This document shows positions 56,947 to 64,000 of a stretch of DNA of 64,000 nucleotides, piece after piece (position 1 is the first letter of the stretch; every line of letters begins with the position of its first letter). Source of the DNA: a virus (Duplodnaviria > Caudoviricetes). A model generated the notes under the pieces. That model saw only the letters and a list, made by a program, of their open reading frames with translations, was not told the DNA's origin and did not search any database. A program made the translations under genes and the position numbers. The stretch is from positions 96,001 to 160,000 of IMG/VR virus record IMGVR_UViG_3300034126_000020; one strand, given 5' to 3'.

Positions 56947-56991
56947 CAAAGAAAGAGGGAGGGGCAATCGCCCTTCCCTCTATGCCGTCAG

Positions 56992-58428
56992 TCAGAAGCG
57001 ACCGCGGCTCTGTGTTTGCTGTGCACCGCTACCGAATGGACGACGACCGGAGGTGCTACGTTCTTCACGACGGAAGTCAGTACGGCTCCAGCTATCGCGA
57101 TCACGGTCAGCATCACGGTCCTTGTCCAGACCCAGGTCGAAACGACGACCGCCACGATCCGTGTCACGGCTGTCACGACCATCACGGTTGTTCCAGCGTC
57201 CACCGCGATCATCACGATCACGGCCACGGTCATCGCGGCTCCAGCGGGTGTCGCGATCACGGTCACTGCCACGACGATCGTCATCACGACGAGTATCGCG
57301 GCCACCGGACAAGTAGTCGTCCAGCGACTTGCCACCCGAACGACGGGCAGGTGGTTCGTCACGGCGAGCTTGGCTGCCTTGGTTGGTGTCATCGTTCAGA
57401 TCGAACGGCAGGTCCAGCGTATCTGCACGCTCAGTCCGACGGGTTTCACCGCTGGCACGAGTAGGCGGAGCAATACGGCTGCTCAGCTTCTCGGTGGTCT
57501 TGGCCACGTCTTTGGCTTCGGCCACGATGATGCAACCTTCGTTACCTTCTTGCGGAGGCACGATACGGCGCATGTCAGCGAGGTCGTCCATGCCGTCAAC
57601 CCAACTGGTGTCGATCAGCAGGTCGTCAGACAGCCAACGGCCAGTTTCCTTGCCGTCTTCGTCCACTGCATGACCCAGCAACTTCTTGTGCGTCTTGATG
57701 ACCGCATTGAGGTGCGAGGCGAACGCATTGAAGCCCATCATCAGCGCGTGGAAGTACGGCGCTGCCATGTTCTTGCTGCCGTAGTCGTAGCCGGCACGAG
57801 TGTCCTCGTCGCCCAGCACGATCTCGAACAGTGCAATCATGTTCTGACGGGCTTTCTTGGACGGGTACTTCACACCCAGCAGTTCGTGTTCGTCGGTCAG
57901 CAACTGATCGAGAACCGGGAACTTGAACTTCGCTGCACGCAGCACGCCGTCCTTGTTGCCCTTACGCAGGCTGATGGAGACCAGACGCTTCTCAGGCTCC
58001 GGCCCGATACGCAGGATGACCTTCTTCAGGAACTCGTAGGAACGTGCGTCCATACCCGAGACCTGCTTGAGGTACTTCGATGCGTCCTTGCCCAGGCGCG
58101 AGTGTTCGCTGTCAGTGGCAGCCACACGGCCCAGCTCGGAGATCAACTGCACCGCGATCACGGTCAGCTTGAACATGATCTGGTCACGCATGGATTTGAT
58201 CATGTCCGATTCACCACGGGTGATGTTCTCGGACAACGGGTGATAGATCACCACACCGCTGTCGTCACCGCGCAGATGCTCGGAAGTAGGCAGCACCACG
58301 CGCTTGTCACCGATCATGAACGGCACAGTACGGTCTTCGCCCAGCACACGGCTCAGGTGACCCTTACCCGTTTCGTCTACGATCCCGATGGCATTGAGCA
58401 CACGGGGGTTAAAATCATGGAGATCCAT
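56992..58428 (-). CDS. phiKZ gp70-like protein with Arg/Asp-rich disordered tail
   Basis: synteny; low-complexity RD tail. Confidence 0.7.
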   Translation of the reverse strand: MDLHDFNPRVLNAIGIVDETGKGHLSRVLGEDRTVPFMIGDKRVVLPTSEHLRGDDSGVVIYHPLSENITRGESDMIKSMRDQIMFKLTVIAVQLISELGRVAATDSEHSRLGKDASKYLKQVSGMDARSYEFLKKVILRIGPEPEKRLVSISLRKGNKDGVLRAAKFKFPVLDQLLTDEHELLGVKYPSKKARQNMIALFEIVLGDEDTRAGYDYGSKNMAAPYFHALMMGFNAFASHLNAVIKTHKKLLGHAVDEDGKETGRWLSDDLLIDTSWVDGMDDLADMRRIVPPQEGNEGCIIVAEAKDVAKTTEKLSSRIAPPTRASGETRRTERADTLDLPFDLNDDTNQGSQARRDEPPARRSGGKSLDDYLSGGRDTRRDDDRRGSDRDRDTRWSRDDRGRDRDDRGGRWNNRDGRDSRDTDRGGRRFDLGLDKDRDADRDRDSWSRTDFRREERSTSGRRPFGSGAQQTQSRGRF

Positions 58429-58439
58429 GCGTTACTCCC

Positions 58440-59966
58440 TTAGAAATTGAAGTTGCCAGTGTTGCTGAGGATTGGGGACTCTTCGTAGTCATCGTCGGCA
58501 CTCGACCGGCGATTGGACCCGAGTTTGTCCACGATGTCGGTAAGCGAGGAACTCATGGCCCCGATGGTGTCCTGATCATTCGCAATGATCGGCGGTACCA
58601 AGGAGTCACAGAACACAGGGAAGACGTCCTCGAACGGATCTTCGCCTTCCAGCTTGAGCTTGATCACGATGTCGTTTGCCAGACCGGCTTGGACTTCGAT
58701 CTCGAACATGCAGTCCGGCCACGGGAGCATGTCGTAGAACAGCTCGGTCACACAGCGCTCTTCGAACGCCATCAGCGAGCGATCGGTGATCTGCTTGCCA
58801 ATGATCGGCAGGCACTGCGGGATGATCATGACAGGTTCGCCCAACGCCGACATGTTGTCCGCCGAGAACTCGACGTACGCGATGTGGTGGAACGCCATGA
58901 ATGCTGGGAGAGCCCGGGCAATCTGGATAGCGGCGATGGTGCTGTTGTCACGACCGGACCAGCCGGAACGGTTGTGGTGGCTGCGTGCAGTCTCAGGGCG
59001 CTCGAAGAACACCTTGACGTCGTCCCAGACATACTCCGGGTTCATCGCAATCAGCTCACCGTAGGTGATGAAGCCTTGCTCGAGGATGTTGGTCTCACGA
59101 GCAATGTCGGCCAACACTGGGATGCTGCTCACAGTCTTCTCACGGACTTGGGAGCGTGCATCTTTCAGGATCGAGCCGGTGTCACGATCGAACTGGTTGC
59201 CTTGGCCGAAGACTTCGCCTTCATTCGCAGTTGCCAGCGCTTTGATCGAGCGGTGCAGGTAACGAGTGGAGGAGTCATTGAGACGGTTGGACATCCGCAG
59301 GCCTTTACCGGTGAACCCATGGCGCATGTCCAGGTAGTTCTCTTTCTCGGCACGGCGGTTGAACGCGTTCGACACCACGTTCTTCGGGTTATTGTGGAAC
59401 ACGTCTTCTGGACGCATCACCAGCGTACCCGCTGACATTCGGTCACGGCTGAAGTCCGGCAAGACTTGCGGCGCAATCAAATGGTTGGAACTGGCAATCT
59501 GGGTCTGCCAACCACGACGGGTCGGGGTATCCATGTAGCTTTGGTTCAGCTCGGTCACGGAGTTGAAGTACAACGCCATGTTCTCATCGAGCTTGATGCC
59601 GCGGATGCCTTGGGAAGCGCCCACGTAGTCGGTATAGCCGGAGATCTCCAGGGTCCGGATGTCGGTACGGCTTTTGCGAACCAGAACGGTCATCATGAAC
59701 ATGAACCGCTTCTCGCCCCAGCCATTGGCAATGATCGCACTGCCTTGGTGTTGGGACGCCGGACGGATGATTCGACCCGCCACACGGCTCAGAGCCGCTG
59801 GAGTCAGGTCTTCACCGCCACGGGTGTCACGGTCCAGGATGCCGATCAATTCGTCGGTGGCATCGGCGTAATAAGGACGGAGTTGCATGTCCTTGTAGCC
59901 CGAGCGCTCACGGAATACGAGATCAATTAGTTGCATGGGTACGGCTCCCGATGGTGTTATTGACAT
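58440..59966 (-). CDS. picA: phage nuclear import factor PicA/Imp1 (gp69-like)
   Basis: size about 500 aa and position directly after the sigma-like gene in the conserved chimallivirus block; assignment mainly by synteny. Confidence 0.65.
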   Translation of the reverse strand: MSITPSGAVPMQLIDLVFRERSGYKDMQLRPYYADATDELIGILDRDTRGGEDLTPAALSRVAGRIIRPASQHQGSAIIANGWGEKRFMFMMTVLVRKSRTDIRTLEISGYTDYVGASQGIRGIKLDENMALYFNSVTELNQSYMDTPTRRGWQTQIASSNHLIAPQVLPDFSRDRMSAGTLVMRPEDVFHNNPKNVVSNAFNRRAEKENYLDMRHGFTGKGLRMSNRLNDSSTRYLHRSIKALATANEGEVFGQGNQFDRDTGSILKDARSQVREKTVSSIPVLADIARETNILEQGFITYGELIAMNPEYVWDDVKVFFERPETARSHHNRSGWSGRDNSTIAAIQIARALPAFMAFHHIAYVEFSADNMSALGEPVMIIPQCLPIIGKQITDRSLMAFEERCVTELFYDMLPWPDCMFEIEVQAGLANDIVIKLKLEGEDPFEDVFPVFCDSLVPPIIANDQDTIGAMSSSLTDIVDKLGSNRRSSADDDYEESPILSNTGNFNF

Positions 59967-61497
59967 GAATGATCATGTCTGCAAGTTGTCGTCTGATGTC
60001 GCCCGAGATGTACATGTAGCCAGTCTGGGTGAGCATCGGTACGCGGTTGATAATGTCGCGGGGTGCATGTGGTTTCCAAGCCCGGCCACTCATCCAGTCC
60101 ACAACCATGTCGATTGCAGTCACGGCGACGTTGCCACGCTTGCCCGGCTCTTGACGTTTCGTTTCCTGACGCCAGTGCGGGTATTGCTTGTCCAGGATCT
60201 CGGCTTGGATCTTGGTGATCTTGTTACGAGTTTCCGTCGGGATGTAGGTCTCGCCTTCATCGCTGATGTACTCCTCTGCCGATACCAGGATTGCCAACTC
60301 ATGAAAGCCCCAGTGATCGAGGATGGCCTGAGCCACGCCCATCAAACGGAACTCTGTGCGCTTGAGCAGCAATTCACGGGCTTCTGGCGAGATCGTCCGG
60401 ATAACCCAGAAGATGATCGCTTTCTGGAAGTCTTCCACCTTGCGCTCTTCATGACGAGAGCAGATGGCGACACACTGCTGCACACGAGCAATGTCCAGAG
60501 TTGCATCAGCCCGTACGACGATGACGTTGGTGTTCTCGCTGAACACTTCGAGCAACTGACGGTCGCCTTCGGTGATCTCGGTGGTTTGACCGTAGTCATC
60601 CCAGACCGACGAGTTATCCTCATCGCCTTTGTCCAGACTGCGAGAACGTTTGGCCTGTACCACGCCGGTGACGCTTTGGAAGCGACCATCCATGCGCAGG
60701 TGCGTACCTGTCACGTAGTTGAACAAGATGCGAGCCAGACTATCCCGATCCACCGGAGTGGACAGTGGCCCGATGGAGATCTTGCGGACTAATGCCATAG
60801 CCATCAAGTGACGCGGTACTTCTTCACTCGACAGGCCCGCCATGACCATGGTCATGCTGATCTCTTTGTCCACCGATGCCTCGATGTACTCCATCATGCG
60901 GATATAAGGAGGCCATTGGTTGACGCCAGCCAGCTCGATGAGCTTGACCGCTTCGGATTCCTTGTAACCGTTGCCGTGGGTAGACGCCACGTTCTGGATG
61001 TACATGCCCCATACGGGGACAATCATCCGCAAACCCAGTGCCATGGCTTGCAAGTCGATGTAGTCCGAACGGATGTACGTACGACTGCGGTAGTTGCGAC
61101 CGCGTTCGTTGAACTCCTCGAACTTATCGTTCACATCGCTCGGAACTTCCAAGCGAGCATGATCAACCCATTCACGCACCACCGGCCAAGTGATGATCTT
61201 GTACAGGTCTTTGACAACCTGCTCGATCTCAGCACGGATAAAGAACGAAGAACGGATCTCTTCGGAAGACAGGTACTCGTTTACTTTGAGGTACAGATCC
61301 CACAGCTTGGCCTGTTGCTCAGGCGGAAGGCTTGAAAGGAACTCATTGGTCTCCTTGAACAGTGTGTCACGGTTGATGATCGCAGCCGAATGGTAGCTGC
61401 CTGCCGACAGCTTCATTGAATTGCCGCGGTGTTCCAGGGTGAGGGAGGTGATTCCCTTACTTGACAGTTCATTAAGCTGAATCTGCACTTGGTACAA
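59923..61497 (-). CDS. sigma-like promoter-specificity subunit of nvRNAP (gp68-like)
   Basis: about 520 aa, helical; conserved position upstream of gp69/70/71-74. Confidence 0.7.
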   Translation of the reverse strand: MYQVQIQLNELSSKGITSLTLEHRGNSMKLSAGSYHSAAIINRDTLFKETNEFLSSLPPEQQAKLWDLYLKVNEYLSSEEIRSSFFIRAEIEQVVKDLYKIITWPVVREWVDHARLEVPSDVNDKFEEFNERGRNYRSRTYIRSDYIDLQAMALGLRMIVPVWGMYIQNVASTHGNGYKESEAVKLIELAGVNQWPPYIRMMEYIEASVDKEISMTMVMAGLSSEEVPRHLMAMALVRKISIGPLSTPVDRDSLARILFNYVTGTHLRMDGRFQSVTGVVQAKRSRSLDKGDEDNSSVWDDYGQTTEITEGDRQLLEVFSENTNVIVVRADATLDIARVQQCVAICSRHEERKVEDFQKAIIFWVIRTISPEARELLLKRTEFRLMGVAQAILDHWGFHELAILVSAEEYISDEGETYIPTETRNKITKIQAEILDKQYPHWRQETKRQEPGKRGNVAVTAIDMVVDWMSGRAWKPHAPRDIINRVPMLTQTGYMYISGDIRRQLADMIIHVNNTIGSRTHATN

Positions 61498-61628
61498 CCT
61501 CGATGGTTACTGGTTACAATGAGATAATGTATCGCCGAAAAGCACTCGAGCAGAACGCCGTCAGGGTATAAGAGTCGACACAGGACCAAGACTGGTCCTG
61601 TGTCGATGCTGGCTATGTCGGGCTCGTT

Positions 61629-62420
61629 TTAAAGAGGCACGTCGTCACTGAAGTCGAAGCCAGTGCCGCCAGATACCTGGGCAGGCGCTTGAGTTTGACC
61701 ACCACTGTTGCCACCCCAACCGCCGCCGCCGGAATTACCGCCGCCATTGTTGTTGCCGCCCCAGTTATTACCACCGCCACCTTGACGGTTACCGCCGTTG
61801 TTGCCACCACCGCCCCACTGGCCACCGCCACCGTTGTTGTTCTGCTCACGGCGCTGCATCCAAGCTGGCTTGGCGTAGTTCTTCTCGATCACGACCGGCA
61901 GGTACTCACGCACCACGTCGATCCAACCCAGGCAGTACAGCTTCGAAGCCACGTCTACTGGCATGGTGCCTTGGCCATCGCGGAACTGATGGTAGGTGCA
62001 GTCCAGGAACGGGAACTCGATCAAAGGACGGTTCTTGCCTGCACTGATGCAGATCGAGATCACGCCTTCGTTGTTTTTTTCGAGCTTGATCATGCTCATG
62101 ATGGACGGGTTCGGGTCACGCTTCTTATCAACGAAGCGGTGGCCTTTGTTGTCCAGGAACACGATGGTCGGACCAGTCGCGTTAGCAACCAGTTCCAGCG
62201 CACGGAGAACGGAGAAGAAGGCACGGTTAGACAGTGCGGCTTCAATCTTGCCGTGGTTCTTGTCGTTCGGGACGCGAGTCTTCACGACAAGACGTGGGTT
62301 GTTCTCGTAGTAAGCCGGACGCAGAGTGGGTTCGCCCTCCATGCCGTCTTGTTTCTTTGCTTTGAGGGCCAGCGAAGGGTCGTCGAGAATCGTTTCGACC
62401 CGCGCGTTCTGTTCACTCAT
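61629..62420 (-). CDS. chmC: ChmC-like phage-nucleus RNA-binding protein with Gly/Asn-rich tail
   Basis: beta-rich N-domain plus G/N/W-rich IDR and acidic tip FDFSDDVPL; immediately upstream of the gp68-like gene. Confidence 0.7.
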   Translation of the reverse strand: MSEQNARVETILDDPSLALKAKKQDGMEGEPTLRPAYYENNPRLVVKTRVPNDKNHGKIEAALSNRAFFSVLRALELVANATGPTIVFLDNKGHRFVDKKRDPNPSIMSMIKLEKNNEGVISICISAGKNRPLIEFPFLDCTYHQFRDGQGTMPVDVASKLYCLGWIDVVREYLPVVIEKNYAKPAWMQRREQNNNGGGGQWGGGGNNGGNRQGGGGNNWGGNNNGGGNSGGGGWGGNSGGQTQAPAQVSGGTGFDFSDDVPL

Positions 62421-62503
62421 CTGTGTTACTCCAAACCAAAAAGTGTGATCGGCTTCTATTCAAAAGATAGGACCTTGGTGTTTCTTTTTACCCACGGGCT
62501 CCC

Positions 62504-63373
62504 CTAGCCTTTCGAGTAAAGATTGATCACCAGTTTTTCAAGTTCAGGCTCGTAAGCCTTCTTTACAGACTGGATGATGTAGTCCTTAGTCGTCATGGCA
62601 TGCCAGCGGTTCTTCTGAGCGATGTCGAGCATGATCCTTCGGTACTTGATCGGAAAGCCTGTGAACAGGTTCCCGTTGTCTCCGAAGAACTGTAGCGTCA
62701 TCCGATCAAACGGAATGTGCTCAAGCTCTTTACCATTGGTAAGCTTGGTGTACCACAGGGCTGGAGGCTTAGTGGCGCCGGTGTGCGATTCGAGCAACGT
62801 GATGGCTGCGAACTTGTACCGCTGCAAGAGATCCACAGCGTAGTTCGACAGCAGCAACACTTTACGGGCGTCCGGTGGCAGCTCCATATCGGTTTCGATA
62901 GGGCGGATGTTCGGATGCTCGTGCAGGATACGGCGGAACTCAATGACCGTGTTCTCTTCACGAAGCGCTGCGTAGCGCTGACGATCGGTGTTCGCGTTCT
63001 TGAGAATGCCGTACTGGAACTTGCGAGGCAGGTCCCGGTAGTTACATAGATAAGGCTGGACTTTCACCCGACCTTTGGAAACCAGCGACACCGCTTGTTC
63101 AATGGTGGTCAGCTCATTCACCAGGCTGAAGGCCAAGTCTTCCGGGAAGACCGCGCTGAGCTGCTCAGCGTCAATGGCCCCGACCATGTTCCGGATCAAG
63201 GTCCGGATGTTGACGTACAGGACGTCCACGTTGTGAATGATGGGCTTGGGGTTGTGGTTGTCCTCAAGGATGCCGAAGGCACCCTCAAGGGCCAGACTGG
63301 TGCCAATGGAGATGGGGATTTGCCCCAGCTCACGTCCCGACAGCGCCGCTTGGGCGCTAGGATCACTGATCAT
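62504..63373 (-). CDS. conserved chimallivirus protein (gp66-like position)
   Basis: synteny; YVNIRTLIRN motif. Confidence 0.6.
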   Translation of the reverse strand: MISDPSAQAALSGRELGQIPISIGTSLALEGAFGILEDNHNPKPIIHNVDVLYVNIRTLIRNMVGAIDAEQLSAVFPEDLAFSLVNELTTIEQAVSLVSKGRVKVQPYLCNYRDLPRKFQYGILKNANTDRQRYAALREENTVIEFRRILHEHPNIRPIETDMELPPDARKVLLLSNYAVDLLQRYKFAAITLLESHTGATKPPALWYTKLTNGKELEHIPFDRMTLQFFGDNGNLFTGFPIKYRRIMLDIAQKNRWHAMTTKDYIIQSVKKAYEPELEKLVINLYSKG

Positions 63374-63381
63374 ACTGACTC

Positions 63382-64000
63382 CTATGCTGCCTCTTTATAT
63401 TTGTCCAAGACAGCAAGGACCTTGAGCGACCGAACATCAGTGACGTCAACACCTTGACGCGTCATCCGTTCAGACACTAGGTGGCCAATGTTGGTAGGTG
63501 TGATACTGATTGGTTTCACCACCGGAGCCTGCTGCTGAGTCAGGACTACTTCTTCCTGAGTCTTCAGATCATCCTGCTGTGTGGTCAGTCGGAACTGAGG
63601 GAACCGCTTACGCAAGTCCTTCAACCCGTACTGCACCGTACCACCCCGTTGAATCAGCAGCCGGAAACTCGACTGGTCTGGTTCGTTCTCGTACTGAGCC
63701 AAGAGTTCGATGGTCTCATCAATGTCTTGGTTACGGCAGTCCAGCGTCTTATAGAGCCGGGCACCGGTGTTCTCGACGAACCAATGGTAGTTACCGGCAG
63801 GCGATATGCACGCCCGGTAATGTCCCTTAGCAGCTTCCTCACCGTGAGACAGACGATCGAATGACCCTTGGGCCAAGATCCAGGCGCCGTAGCGTGTCAT
63901 CTCAGTGCGGATGTGTACGTGACCAATGCCGATGAAGTGCCGGACAATGGACAGGTACGCGTCGCTGTTGTGGTTCTTGCTCGACTCAATCGGCAACTGG
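63382..64000 (-). CDS. SbcD/Mre11-like metallophosphoesterase nuclease, C-terminal part (runs off the window)
   Basis: IGHVH and QGSFDRLSHGEE motifs. Confidence 0.8.
   Translation of the reverse strand, partial: QLPIESSKNHNSDAYLSIVRHFIGIGHVHIRTEMTRYGAWILAQGSFDRLSHGEEAAKGHYRACISPAGNYHWFVENTGARLYKTLDCRNQDIDETIELLAQYENEPDQSSFRLLIQRGGTVQYGLKDLRKRFPQFRLTTQQDDLKTQEEVVLTQQQAPVVKPISITPTNIGHLVSERMTRQGVDVTDVRSLKVLAVLDKYKEAA

Noticed and set aside
57000-57340. Repetitive DNA resembling a tandem-repeat or CRISPR array
   Set aside because: It is the coding sequence of the RD-rich tail; there are no constant repeats with unique spacers.
61690-61850. CCG/CCA/TTG-rich repeats
   Set aside because: They encode the Gly/Asn tail of ChmC.

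Overview
This is a segment of a phiKZ-like, nucleus-forming jumbo phage genome (Chimalliviridae type), identified from protein motifs and synteny recalled from phiKZ gp65-gp101. No database search was run. Most genes are on the minus strand. From right to left: (1) SbcD-like nuclease (partial), ChmC-like RNA-binding protein, sigma-like nvRNAP subunit (gp68-like), PicA/Imp1-like import factor (gp69-like), a gp70-like protein, nvRNAP beta and beta' C-terminal subunits and an SF2 helicase; (2) accessory genes, including an HD protein and a GIY-YIG endonuclease; (3) virion RNAP beta' fragment plus a 958-aa repeat protein on the plus strand; (4) a gene pair with a putative -1 frameshift; (5) DarG-like macrodomain, Cx5R phosphatase and a compact tRNA array (Tyr, Asp, Gln, Asn, His); (6) split family-B DNA polymerase; (7) the head, ejection, baseplate and neck structural module; (8) accessory genes including Macro, SLOG and thymidylate kinase. 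The main leads are: several structured non-tRNA small RNAs packed back-to-back between the tRNAs, including a tRNA with a 41-nt hairpin in its anticodon loop and a CCA-ended non-canonical tRNA-like RNA; a T TTT TTC slippery site that would fuse the 532-aa and 136-aa ORFs; recurrent promoter/terminator motifs; and 10-bp-phased repeats upstream of the helicase.
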